Source: Bacteroidota bacterium (GTDB taxonomy: Bacteria > Bacteroidota > Bacteroidia > Bacteroidales > NBLH01). Taken from it: DNA of 57,984 nucleotides. Below, piece after piece: positions 19,814 to 32,600 of the stretch. Position 1 is the stretch's first letter; each line of letters starts with the position of its first letter. Where the stretch lies: positions 1-57,984 of the forward strand of contig JBDLJL010000006.1 in NCBI GenBank assembly GCA_039714415.1, in the 5' to 3' direction. The notes beneath the pieces were generated by a model that saw nothing but the letters and a program-made list of their open reading frames with translations, was not told the DNA's origin and made no database searches. The position numbers were made by a program, and so were the translations under genes.

Positions 19814-20815
19814 TTAATGTAAAATTTTAAACATCAATTCTTTGAGAAGATCATCCGGTTTGGCGCTAACATTGTCCACACCTTTTGATTTTAAGTCATA
19901 TTCCCTTAAATAAGCGATAATCTGAACGACCTTTTTGGGATTATAGCGACGTGCAGCTGTTTGGTAATCCTTAACAAAATAAGGGTTAACCTGAAGGGTT
20001 GCAGCAACATTTCTATTGCTTTTATCTTTCATAAAATGATAAATAAGTATTTTTCTGAAATAATGGTATAATGAATTAATTGTTAAAACTAAGGGGTTTT
20101 CCTTTTGGTTTTTTCCAAAATGGTCAATAATCCGGTTGGCCTTTAAAATATCCTTTTTTGCAAGGGCATTTTGCAATTCAAAATTATTATAATCCTTACT
20201 AATCCCAATGTTTTCCTCAATGTGTTTTGTTGTAATTTTAGAGTTCAACGGTAGGCTAATAATCAGCTTATCCAACTCATTCACAATTTTACTCAAATCA
20301 GTTCCGAGGTAATCATTCAGCAATGCTGAGGCTACAGGATCTATTGTATATAATTTATTATTCAGATACTTATTAATCCAAGCGGGTACCTGGTTATCAT
20401 ATAATTTCTTTGATTCAAAAAGAATTCCGTTTTTATTGATTTCCTTGTAAAGCTTTTTGTTTTTTGCAAGGGTTTTATACTTGTAATTAATTACGAGGAT
20501 TGTTGATTTTAAAGGATTCCCTGCATAATATACCAACTTGTCCAGATTTTTAACAACCTGGGCTTCTTTGACAATTATGACCTGATGACTTGCCATCATT
20601 GGGTAGCGTCGGGCCAGGTTATCAATATCTTTAACCTCAACATCACGTCCATATACAATCGTTTGGTTAAAAGCCTTTTCAGATTCTGCCAAAACATGTG
20701 TGCTTATATAATCAGTAATTTGATCTATATAATATGATTCAGCCCCCATCAAAAAGTAAATAGGTTTATAAATCTTATTCTTTAAATCAGCTATTATTTG
20801 GTCAAATGAGAGCAT
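19814..20815 (-). CDS. holA: DNA polymerase III delta subunit
   Basis: PIYFLMGAESYYID, RYPMM...VIIVKEAQ and NIGISKDYNNFEL; sits downstream of amn as is usual in Bacteroidota. Confidence 0.93.
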   Translation of the reverse strand: MLSFDQIIADLKNKIYKPIYFLMGAESYYIDQITDYISTHVLAESEKAFNQTIVYGRDVEVKDIDNLARRYPMMASHQVIIVKEAQVVKNLDKLVYYAGNPLKSTILVINYKYKTLAKNKKLYKEINKNGILFESKKLYDNQVPAWINKYLNNKLYTIDPVASALLNDYLGTDLSKIVNELDKLIISLPLNSKITTKHIEENIGISKDYNNFELQNALAKKDILKANRIIDHFGKNQKENPLVLTINSLYHYFRKILIYHFMKDKSNRNVAATLQVNPYFVKDYQTAARRYNPKKVVQIIAYLREYDLKSKGVDNVSAKPDDLLKELMFKILH

Positions 20816-20852
20816 TATTTAATTTTAGATTGACAATATATTAGCGGTCACC

Positions 20853-21016
20853 TAGTGCCCGTTAAGAAACAACCTTTACATTCAAACTTGTTCTTTTACC
20901 CTTTTTCTGCTTGAAAAAACGCTTTAAATAGCTCGCTATTTGCAGTTTTTTTCAATTTGAAAAAGAACAAAACAACTGCCTTTTAATTGTAAACTTTATT
21001 CCTAAACAAGCACATA
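20853..21016. repeat. 164 bp imperfect palindromic (MITE-like) element
   Basis: Ends TAGTGCCCGTTAAGAA / TTCCTAAACAAGCACATA. Nested arms TTTACA/TGTAAA, CTTTTTC/GAAAAAG and TTGAAAAAA/TTTTTTCAA; centre AAATAGC-TC-GCTATTT. Confidence 0.65.
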
Positions 21017-21027
21017 GTTGATTGAAT

Positions 21028-21801
21028 TTAGCCAAACTTTAAGTGTTTAACAGACTTCCTGTTATTTATTATTTCCAGCAAAGCATCAATACCTAATTTA
21101 AGATGATCTTCAACATGGTTAGTCGTAACATCTTTATCAGATTCATCAGTTTTAACACCATCAGGTATCATTGGTTGATCAGAAACTAATAACAATGCCC
21201 CGGAAGGGATTTCATTCACAAAACCAACAGTAAAAATAGTTGCAGTTTCCATATCAATAGCCATGGCACGGGTCTTTGCCAAATATTTTTTAAACCGTTC
21301 ATCATATTCCCAAACCCGTTTATTAGTTGTGAACACTGTTCCTGACCAATAATCCCTGCCAAAATTCCGAATTGCGGTTGAAACGGCACGCTGCAAATTA
21401 AATGCAGGTAAGGATGGAACTTCAGGCGGTAAATAATCATTTGATGTACCTTCGCTTCGGATTGCTGCTATTGGTAGAACAAGATCGCCAACTTTGTTTT
21501 TCTTCTTTAAACCACCACATTTCCCCAAAAATAAAACAGCTTTAGGATCAATCGCACTTAATAAATCCATAATAGTTGCAGCATTTGGACTACCCATCCC
21601 AAAATTAATCAGCGTAATTCCATTCGCTGAAACACTTGGCATTGGTCTTTCTTTACCAATAATTGGCACATTATACCATTCAGAAAATAGATCGAGGTAA
21701 TGTTGGAAATTAGTAATTAAAATATGTTTTGAAAAATCTTCTAATGCCCTATTTGTATATCTTGGTAACCAGTTCTCTACAATTTCTTCTTTTGATTTCA
21801 C
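21028..21801 (-). CDS. amn: AMP nucleosidase (Bacteroidota short type)
   Basis: NWLPRYT, INFGMGSPNAATIMDLL, FLGKCGG, AIDMETAT and LLVSD; GTG start. Confidence 0.92.
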   Translation of the reverse strand: MKSKEEIVENWLPRYTNRALEDFSKHILITNFQHYLDLFSEWYNVPIIGKERPMPSVSANGITLINFGMGSPNAATIMDLLSAIDPKAVLFLGKCGGLKKKNKVGDLVLPIAAIRSEGTSNDYLPPEVPSLPAFNLQRAVSTAIRNFGRDYWSGTVFTTNKRVWEYDERFKKYLAKTRAMAIDMETATIFTVGFVNEIPSGALLLVSDQPMIPDGVKTDESDKDVTTNHVEDHLKLGIDALLEIINNRKSVKHLKFG

Positions 21802-21864
21802 AAATTCAAGTTTTAGTTAAAGTATTAAAGTATTAATTTTACCACATAATTGCACAAAGATACG

Positions 21865-22314
21865 ATGACAAATTTAAATAATAAATATCCTATAAAAATA
21901 ATTACAAAAGACCAGAAAAAGTACATTTTTGATTTTATTAGAAAAAAACACATAAAATTAACACCTGAAGAATGGGTAAGGCAAAATTTTATTAAGTATT
22001 TAGTTGAGATGAAAAATTATCCGATGGGGCTAATCGGTATTGAACAAAAATTACCTGGTAAAAATCAAAAGTTCCGTACAGATATTGTGGTATTCTCAAA
22101 ATTTGCCAAAGCAATAATGATTATTGAATGTAAATCAGAGAAAGTTAAAATTACCCAGGATGCGTTTGACCAGGCTGCCAAATATAATATGCAATTCAAA
22201 GCTGATTACTTAGTTGTAACAAATGGGATTAGTCACTTTATATGTAAATTGAACTATCAGGAAAAATCATATATATTTCTCAAAGAAATTCCCGAATATA
22301 TTGGTTCAAATTAG
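21865..22314 (+). CDS. Stand-alone type I restriction enzyme HsdR N-terminal-like domain protein
   Basis: LTPEEWVRQ, RTDIVV, IIECK, Q..KYN and VVTNG. Confidence 0.82.
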   Translation: MTNLNNKYPIKIITKDQKKYIFDFIRKKHIKLTPEEWVRQNFIKYLVEMKNYPMGLIGIEQKLPGKNQKFRTDIVVFSKFAKAIMIIECKSEKVKITQDAFDQAAKYNMQFKADYLVVTNGISHFICKLNYQEKSYIFLKEIPEYIGSN

Positions 22315-22356
22315 AGTTTGTCCATACGGATCACTTATTGTATAAATTTATTTAAC

Positions 22357-23400
22357 ATGAAAGTAAACAACAAACATTACCGGACTATCTGGATGGAAAA
22401 AAAATCAGTATTTATGATTGAGCAAAACCTGTTGCCCTTTGAATTTAAGATATTTGAATCAACTAGCTATATTGAAACCTGCGAGGCTATTAAAACGATG
22501 ATTGTAAGGGGTGCAGGCGCAATAGGTGCTGCAGCTGGCTTTGCATTAGCCCAAGCAGCACTCGAAGCTGATGAGAATAATTACGAAAATTATATATCTA
22601 AAGCAAAAAAAACAATTGAAGGAACCCGACCGACTGCCCGAAATCTTTTTACTGCAACTGAAAGAGTTTATTTCGCAGCAAAACAATCTAAAAAACAGGC
22701 AATTAAAGAAGCCCAACAAATTGCTGATGAGGATGCGCAAACAAGCCTTGCCATTGGCCAATATGGTAATGAACTAATAAAGTCCGGCTTTGGGATAGAG
22801 ACTCATTGTAATGCTGGTTGGCTTGCATTTGTAGACCACGGAACTGCCCTTGCCCCTATTTATCAGGCACACAAATCTGGCAAAAAAGTATTTATTTATG
22901 TAGATGAAACCCGCCCACGAAATCAGGGAGCTAAGCTTACAGCCTGGGAACTACAAAATGAAAATGTTCCATATGCAATTATTCCGGATAATGCGGGTGC
23001 CCACCTAATGTCAAAAGGGAAAATAGATATAATGATTACAGGTGCAGACAGAATAGCCAGAAACGGTGATACAGCTAATAAAATAGGAACTTTAGAAAAA
23101 GCAATTGCAGCTAATTATTATGGAATACCATTTTATATCGCTGCACCAAAAGCTACTTTTGATATAAATTGTACAAGTGGTAATGAAATAATTATTGAAG
23201 AACGAGACGAGGAAGAAGTTCTGTATCAAATTGGTATAAATGAACAAAACATTTCAAAAAAAGTAATGGTTTCAGCGCCAGGTTCAAATGCTATTAATCC
23301 TGCTTTTGATGTAACCCCGGCAGAGCTTATTACAGGCATTATCACTGAAAAAGGGATAATTAAACCAACCGAAGGTGAAATAGTTAAATTGTTTAATTAG
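22357..23400 (+). CDS. mtnA: S-methyl-5-thioribose-1-phosphate isomerase
   Basis: [43 protein letters not shown] and [11 protein letters not shown] at 22357 is preferred. Confidence 0.93.
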   Translation: MKVNNKHYRTIWMEKKSVFMIEQNLLPFEFKIFESTSYIETCEAIKTMIVRGAGAIGAAAGFALAQAALEADENNYENYISKAKKTIEGTRPTARNLFTATERVYFAAKQSKKQAIKEAQQIADEDAQTSLAIGQYGNELIKSGFGIETHCNAGWLAFVDHGTALAPIYQAHKSGKKVFIYVDETRPRNQGAKLTAWELQNENVPYAIIPDNAGAHLMSKGKIDIMITGADRIARNGDTANKIGTLEKAIAANYYGIPFYIAAPKATFDINCTSGNEIIIEERDEEEVLYQIGINEQNISKKVMVSAPGSNAINPAFDVTPAELITGIITEKGIIKPTEGEIVKLFN

Positions 23401-25289
23401 ATCTTAAAATATTCAATCGCATCGTTAAGCTCTTCCGCCATTTTTGTCAATTCCTGTGATTGATCATTTATTTGGTCAGATGTTGATTTATTTTCGTCTG
23501 CCATTGTATTAAGCGTACTTATTATTTCACCCAATGTATTAATTCCAGAGTCTTGGTCACGGCTCTGGGCAAATATTTCTTTAACCAATTCAACCGTTCT
23601 GTTAATTTCAGGAACTAATTCTTCAATGCCGGATCCGGTATTCTCAATGGCTATTACACTTTTTGAAGCTAAGTCAGTTATTTCAGCGGCTGCCAACTTA
23701 CTCCTTTCTGCCAGTTTTCTTACCTCTGCGGCAACAACTGAAAAGCCTTTTCCCTGCTCACCGGCCCTGGCAGCTTCTACAGCAGCGTTTAAAGCCAGAA
23801 TATTAGTCTGAAAAGCTATTTCTTCAATTATCATTATCTTTTCAGCTACTTGTTTCATAATGGTTATTGCCTCTTTTGATTCATTTGTGCTAATCAACAT
23901 TTTATCAGCAGCCTTAACCGCAATTTTTTCTGTAATTTCGGCATTTTCAGAACTCATGCGTACATTATTTTGCATTTCTGCAATGGCTTCCATAACCTCC
24001 TTTGCCGAAGTTTTCTGGAAAACAGAACCTTCTACTAATTGCTTAGAGTTTATTAAAAGATTATTACCCCCAGTTTTTAGTCTTCTTGAGTTTTTCTTAA
24101 TTCTTTGAACAATATCTTTTAATTTGTTAACCATTATACTCATATGATTAGCAAGCTCTCCTATTTCATCATTTCCACTAACCTTTAACTCTGCATTTAA
24201 GTCACCCTCACTAACTTTCTTTGTAAATTTCACCCCTTCTTTTATTGGTTTACCTATATTGTTGGATATAAGAGCTATTATTACAGATAACAAAATCAGC
24301 CCTGCTAAACCAACGCCTATTGATTTAATTAAAAGGCTATTCCATTCAGGCATAACATCTTTTAAAGGAACTAATACACCAAGTGCCCAAGATTTTTCAG
24401 TACTTCCGATTTTTATTGGTACAAAAACTACATGAAGCTTATTGCCTGTATCAGTATGCTCTGCATTAAATGAATACCGTTTGCCACTTTTAATCTTTTC
24501 TGATATTTTATATAGTTGATCTTCATCAGGGTTAAGTTCAGCAAAAGTTTTTCCAATTTGTTCTTCTTCAGGATGGCTCACATAAGTTCCTTCATTTGTT
24601 AATAAAAATGCATATCCTGTTTTAAAAGGTTTCATTTGTGATACCAATTCATGAAAATCGGTCAATAATACATCAACACCTGCTAAACCGGCAAATTTAT
24701 CATTGTGTAGTATAGGTTCGCAAATACTGGTCATCATCAAAATATTATCCGGCGTTTTTACAAAAGCAAACTCATAAGGCTCCATTATTGTTTCTTTTTT
24801 AGAAACTTTCATTTGATAATACGCACCTTGCTTATTTTCCGCATCAACATCTAAAATTTCTTCATCAAAAAGTAGGTTCCCATTTGCATCCCGCAAATAG
24901 GTTACTCTTTTTCTACCATGGGTTTTTGTATAATTGTTATCAATTGCATTTAATTCCCAGTTAGCCCAAACAGAAACATATCCCGGGTTATCAACAGCCA
25001 CCTTTTCAAGAATATTTTTGAAATACTGCATTTTAAGTGAATCTGCCATACGGTAATAATTACTAAATGCATTTGCAATGGTTTTAGATACTGCAATATC
25101 AGTTGAAAACTGGGTTTCAATAGTCCTTGCTTTTTCATTAATATATGCATCCACAAATTTTTCAGCGTCTTTAATTGCCCTATTGTTAAAGTTTAACAAT
25201 AAGAATATAACAACCGCCCCATATATTACCACAGATGCTGTTATAATAAAAAGCATTAAACGACTCCTAATTGATAATTTTATATTCAT
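23397..25289 (-). CDS. Methyl-accepting chemotaxis protein (TM-Cache-TM-HAMP-MCP)
   Basis: Two TM helices flank a Cache-like region; HAMP (GDL...DEIGEL); hairpin tip [40 protein letters not shown]. Confidence 0.95.
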   Translation of the reverse strand: MNIKLSIRSRLMLFIITASVVIYGAVVIFLLLNFNNRAIKDAEKFVDAYINEKARTIETQFSTDIAVSKTIANAFSNYYRMADSLKMQYFKNILEKVAVDNPGYVSVWANWELNAIDNNYTKTHGRKRVTYLRDANGNLLFDEEILDVDAENKQGAYYQMKVSKKETIMEPYEFAFVKTPDNILMMTSICEPILHNDKFAGLAGVDVLLTDFHELVSQMKPFKTGYAFLLTNEGTYVSHPEEEQIGKTFAELNPDEDQLYKISEKIKSGKRYSFNAEHTDTGNKLHVVFVPIKIGSTEKSWALGVLVPLKDVMPEWNSLLIKSIGVGLAGLILLSVIIALISNNIGKPIKEGVKFTKKVSEGDLNAELKVSGNDEIGELANHMSIMVNKLKDIVQRIKKNSRRLKTGGNNLLINSKQLVEGSVFQKTSAKEVMEAIAEMQNNVRMSSENAEITEKIAVKAADKMLISTNESKEAITIMKQVAEKIMIIEEIAFQTNILALNAAVEAARAGEQGKGFSVVAAEVRKLAERSKLAAAEITDLASKSVIAIENTGSGIEELVPEINRTVELVKEIFAQSRDQDSGINTLGEIISTLNTMADENKSTSDQINDQSQELTKMAEELNDAIEYFKI

Positions 25290-25338
25290 ATTAATATTAT
25301 TTTTTAATGATGCTTTTCATGTGTGGGAAGCCAAAGAT

Positions 25339-27120
25339 TCATAAGTCACCATAAATCTGGTCAAATCTCTTCTTATATTTTTGTTTTACAAATCTGCGTT
25401 TTAACTTTAAAGTAGGAGAAAGTTCACCTGTATCCGGAGTCCATTCTTCACAAACAAGTTGAAATTTCTTAATTTGTTCTGTTTTCCCTAACCGTTTATT
25501 GTAAAAATCTATCTCTTCCTGGTATCTTTCAATAACAAGAGGTTTTTCAATCAAATCTACGTTATCACGAAAATGAAGTTTCTTTTTATGGCACCAGTCA
25601 TGTAAGAACTCAAAGTTAGGTGACACTAAAGCACCAGCAAATTTCTCATTTTCACCCACTACCATCAATTGTTCAATAAAAAATGATTCTTTAAAAATAT
25701 TTTCCACTACCTGTGGGGCAACATATTTACCTGTTGAGAGCTTAAATATCTCTTTTTTCCGATCAGTAATTTTCAAGTTTTTGCCATCAATTAATTCACC
25801 AATATCTCCTGTATGAAACCATCCATCTTTATCTATTGCCTCATTAGTTTTTTCCAGGTCTTTATAATAGCCCAGCATAAGGTTAGGCCCTTTAAACAAA
25901 ATTTCTCCATCTCCTGCAATCTTTATCTCTTGTTCACTTCCTAATTGAGGTCCCACGGTACCAAACATTATTTCCGGATACTCATACCTATTAACACAAA
26001 TTACCGGGGCTGTTTCAGATAATCCGTATCCCTCGTGAACAGGGATCCCGGCAGACCAGAATATCCGGGCTAAGCGTTCTTGTAAAGCAGCCCCACCGGA
26101 AATTATCATTTTTACATTACCACCCAAAGCTTCACGCCACTTTTTAAAAATCAATGTATTAGCAACTTTCAGTTTGGCAAGATATATTAAACTGTTATTG
26201 TGTTCCTTAAATTTTAAGCCTATATCTACAGCCCAGAAAAACAAGTCTTTTTTAACTCCTTCCAGTTCTTTTCCAATACCAATTATCTTATCATAAATAC
26301 GTTCAAGCAACCTGGGGACAGTTATAAATACGTGAGGTTTTATTTCTTTTATATTTTCTGCAATTTTCTCAACACTTTCGGCATAATATATTCCCAATCC
26401 CTTATATTGCCAGGTATAACAACCGATTCTTTCTAAAACATGACAAAGTGGTAAAAAACTTATTGCTTTATGTTTATGGTTTACGCGAAGGATTTTAGCA
26501 ATTTCCTGTATCTGGTACATAAAATTCCAATGCGAAAGCATCACACCTTTAGGCAACCCGGTAGTTCCTGATGTATAAATAATAGTAGCAAGGTCATCTT
26601 TTTCTATACTGTCTCTTCTCAATTTTACCTTACCCCGCATTTCAGGGCCTTCAAGCTTTTTTCCTATTTCAACAATCTCATTCCAGTTTTTTGCACCTTC
26701 AACCCTGTTGAAAGTAAAAACTTCCTCCACACCTTCCACCTTATCAGCAATAGGTTTTATTTTATTGTAAAGTTCTTTGTCAGAAACTATAATAATTTTT
26801 GCCTCTGAATGTTTCAAGATATGCTCATATTCAGTTTCACTTATTGTTGGATAAATAGGAACATGGACCACACCAATCTGGCTCATACCCATATCAACAA
26901 AATTCCATTCAGGCCGATTATTAGAAACGGTGGCAATTTTATCATTCTTTTCGAAACCCATATCCAAAAGACCATAACTAAAAAAATTGGCAGACTGGAT
27001 GTAATCATCAGTACTATAATTCACCCATTTCCCATTTTCTTTTGCTGAAAATACATTTTTTTTATTGGGGAATTTCTTCTTAAACCGATCAAGCAATTCA
27101 AAAATTCTGGTCTCTTCCAT
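25339..27120 (-). CDS. Long-chain fatty acid-CoA ligase (AMP-binding family)
   Basis: YTSGTTGLPKG, EGYGLSET, WFHTGDIG, DRKK...GKYVAP and SPTLKLKR. ATG at 27120 is preferred. Confidence 0.93.
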   Translation of the reverse strand: MEETRIFELLDRFKKKFPNKKNVFSAKENGKWVNYSTDDYIQSANFFSYGLLDMGFEKNDKIATVSNNRPEWNFVDMGMSQIGVVHVPIYPTISETEYEHILKHSEAKIIIVSDKELYNKIKPIADKVEGVEEVFTFNRVEGAKNWNEIVEIGKKLEGPEMRGKVKLRRDSIEKDDLATIIYTSGTTGLPKGVMLSHWNFMYQIQEIAKILRVNHKHKAISFLPLCHVLERIGCYTWQYKGLGIYYAESVEKIAENIKEIKPHVFITVPRLLERIYDKIIGIGKELEGVKKDLFFWAVDIGLKFKEHNNSLIYLAKLKVANTLIFKKWREALGGNVKMIISGGAALQERLARIFWSAGIPVHEGYGLSETAPVICVNRYEYPEIMFGTVGPQLGSEQEIKIAGDGEILFKGPNLMLGYYKDLEKTNEAIDKDGWFHTGDIGELIDGKNLKITDRKKEIFKLSTGKYVAPQVVENIFKESFFIEQLMVVGENEKFAGALVSPNFEFLHDWCHKKKLHFRDNVDLIEKPLVIERYQEEIDFYNKRLGKTEQIKKFQLVCEEWTPDTGELSPTLKLKRRFVKQKYKKRFDQIYGDL

Positions 27121-27253
27121 AGCAGTTAAGTACAATAGTTTTATTGCCTAAAGTTAACTAATTATTAATCAATTTTGTGTGTTTATCATAATATTTTATT
27201 TGTCACTACATATTCAGCCAAAGCTGAATAGAACTATATTTAAAAAAAACGAA

Positions 27254-27277
27254 AAATATTAAGCATGCATAATATTT
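27254..27277. promoter_or_regulatory. Near-perfect palindrome between divergent fatty-acid genes, candidate repressor site
   Basis: AAATATTAAGCATGCATAATATTT (one mismatched pair) reaches the -33 region of TAAATTTG (27299-27306) upstream of fadH. Confidence 0.55.
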
Positions 27278-27350
27278 CTTAAAATGAAAGGAATTTAATA
27301 AATTTGAATCCGCAGAAAGAAGGGCATGTTTTTAGGAGTTAACGAAATAA

Positions 27351-29387
<2,037 letters not shown>

Positions 29388-29397
29388 GAAATTTTCT

Positions 29398-29524
29398 TAT
29401 GGTAACCTCTAAAAATCCAAACTTCATTGTTATACAATTTTTTTAAGACGCTCATTTACAGAAGTAAAATCGAGCCTTTAAAAAATTGAAAGCCTCGAAT
29501 TTTGATTTTTTAGAGAACACCTTA
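29398..29524 (-). repeat. Structured dispersed element, copy C
   Basis: GGTAACCTCTAAAAATC is inverted against GATTTTTTAGAGAACACC; shares TCATTTACAGAAGTAAAATC and GAAAGCCTCGAATTTTGA with copy B. Confidence 0.88.
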
Positions 29525-29527
29525 TGT

Positions 29528-29624
29528 AACTTAGTAAGTCTTTTTTTTTGACTTGCTAAGTTTTATAAATAGATACCTACGAACAAAAAAATAAACTTAC
29601 AAAGTCTTTCAGACTTTGTAAGTT
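29528..29624. repeat. Pair of related REP-like hairpins, possible bidirectional terminator
   Basis: AACTTAGTAAGTC/GACTTGCTAAGTT (29528-29562) and the perfect AACTTACAAAGTCT-TTC-AGACTTTGTAAGTT (29594-29624) lie between convergent genes. Confidence 0.75.
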
Positions 29625-29626
29625 AG

Positions 29627-32600
29627 CTACTCATCAACAGCAACTTCACCGAAAATATGTTGCATTATTTCAGTTTGGTCAACCAACAGATTATAGTAAT
29701 CAAATCTTTTTGCTAAAAGCAATGTGGTTTTGACTTTACCTTTTAGTTTAGTAACATTGGCATTCAAGTTAATACCAAGTGTTATTATATCATTTTTACC
29801 AAAAACAACAGGCTCGTTATTAGGATTTACAGCTTCAAGTTCCCCTCTCAACAAAATAACAACACTATTTGTGTTATCGTCATTTGTAATGTCTATTTCC
29901 TCACCTGCCTGAATAATTTTAACCCTGATAAATTTAGCCATTTTAGCAAGGTAATTTTCAGGGACACTAAAGAACATGGGGTGCTTTTTCAAATGTTTAA
30001 TACGGTCAGCAATTAAAAATCCATTGTTTGAAAGATTTTCAAGTAATTCTTTTTTATCATCCGACATTCTCTCCAGATAATCCGCGCACTTAATAGGGTT
30101 TTCTTCATAAATGATTTTAGCTGCCGTTGAATATACTAATTCATCAGGATGAAATAAACATACGAATATTTCATCAGGCATTTCACTTCTTCTAATTTTA
30201 TAAAGTGTCTTATTTACCTGTTCAGATGTCCATATTCCAATATCACTATATGACCTGGTTTTATCCTCCTGTTCAGCTCCTGATTTCTTTTTTGCATGAA
30301 GCCTACCCAAAAGGTCAATGGATTTTGTCATTGTCCACGGACCAACTTTGTCAAAATCTTTGATAATAATATTTTTTAACCTGTCTCTAAATTTCAAACG
30401 ATCCTGAGGGAAAAAAGAATTTAGTTTTTTTATTTTTTGACCAGAAGATATATCATCAAACAAAGGTATTAAAAGCTGTTTTGTTTCAAGGCTAATAAAA
30501 TTATCAATAATTTCTATGGCAAAAATAGTATTCTTCCCAATTATGTTCTTCTTGATAAGGTTAATTATCCGTGGTTCATAAAGAAAGCTTAGTAGTTTAA
30601 ATAAATTCTCAAAATTGTACTCCCGTTCCAGATCAAGTGCCTGAACAATTTTTAAAGTATTACGTTCTGTTTCAATATCTAATATACAGGCATAAATCCA
30701 TAGAATATTGTCAATAACTCCATCAAGTTTCTTTTTAATAATAGACTGTTCTTTTCCGTCTGCCTGATATTTACAAAAATATAACCCCGAGATTAATTCA
30801 GTCTGAACATTTCTGTCCGGATAATTTAAATATCTAACTAGTATTGATTTAGCTTTAGACGATCCATTTTTAGCAAGAATTTCAATTATTCTTAATAAAA
30901 CTTTAGAATCTTCTTCCTTTATGAAAAATTCCTCAAGCTCATCAAGAACCCTGTCACCCACTTCAAGTAATGCATCACCACAAATATGATAATATTCATC
31001 AGACCTAATTAAATCAACTAATTTTTTTATAAGCTTGGGTGATTTACTTTTACTTGCCAAATTAATAGCGGCACTTTTTATAATTTTGTCATCATCCTTT
31101 AGCAAACGGTTAATTAGCTTATCATCATATTCAATTAATCCTTTAACAAGAAGTTTCTCAATTAATAATTTATCACCAAAGGTCCATGATTTTATTAATT
31201 CATTAACTTCCCCCTTATTTATTTCTTTTAGGTTTGTGTAGTCAAGAATATTTTTTGCTTTAAATGCTAAATCTCTAATTTCTTCTGACTTATCAGCAAT
31301 ATATATTTTTTTTACTGAATGCATTATCCTTGTTCGCCATGATGGATCAATTTTACTCAAAATAGCATGTTTAATGCTATCTATACGCTTATTCAACAGG
31401 CTTGTAGCGTAGGGCTCCATAACACGAGGATTTGTTTCAGAAAGCAAATTAACACTCATCTGAACAACTTTGTCATTGAATTTTTTGAATTTTTTGGTTA
31501 GAAACTCACTGCCATAAAAATGCCGTGCTGAATCCCTTTTTTTATTCCGGCTGATATCAATAAGAATTTGCCTTAATCTTCCTTTATATGACAAATACAG
31601 CTGCCTTGCGACGAGTACCCAAACTATTAGTAGAGGAAGAATAATTATTGGATAATATTCAAGCCTGTAACCATCAGGAGTATTAAGAATAAAGTTTGTC
31701 AGAAACAATATTAGCCCGGCAACGGCTATTGATACCTGCATAACCACACCTACTTTAGTCTGAACGGCCATTTTTTGTCCACTTGGCAAAGGTTGATATA
31801 AGATATTAAAAGCAGGATCGTCCAACCCACGTCTTAAAATCCTCTCCATTGATTTATTAAGAGTCATTAAAGCCAAAAAGGCTATAGTAGCCACACCATA
31901 AGTCAATCCAATTATAAGAGAAATTGCAACAATCAATGTTATTGTAACAGGTAATATGGTAAGACCAAGCTTAACTCCATATTTACTGAGTATACGACTT
32001 GAAAAATAAGAAATTGCCAATTCACCAATTTTTAACCCACCTAAAGCGAGCGCCAAAAATTTTGATATCTCGGCCTCAGTTTTAAAATTCACTTTAATAC
32101 TTGAAAGGAATCCAAAATCCACAACATAAATAGCTACCATTGAAAATATTGCCGATAAAAAAATTAATCGAAAATATTTATCTTTTATTAAAACAAAAAA
32201 TTTGGTATCGCTTTGGCTAACTTGCTTAACAACTTCTTTTTGTGAAGATATTTTCAAAGTTTTATACAAAGCCAAAAGGATAAAAACGGCGGCAATAAGT
32301 CCTATATTCCCTATATGTAAAAGGTCATAAGAATTCCCAAGATATGGTAACAAAACACGTATAGAAAGATAACCTATAATTGATGCAATAACCCCACCCA
32401 TGTTCATTAAACCATACATCCGTTTTACCTGTGATAGATTTAGGAATTGTAGTGCCAGACCACCTGAAACAATACCCACTAACGAAATAAAAGGCCAGAC
32501 CCAAATAAATACGAAAAAACTTAAATATTTAGGATCAACATATGTTAAAGAGAACCTTGATACTAATGTTATTGCAAACATAAAAATAACAGCCCCTAAA

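Noticed and set aside
21865-22314. Type I restriction-modification system
   Set aside because: Only a stand-alone HsdR N-terminal-like domain; no hsdM, hsdS or helicase domains, and the position next to amn-holA looks like core synteny.
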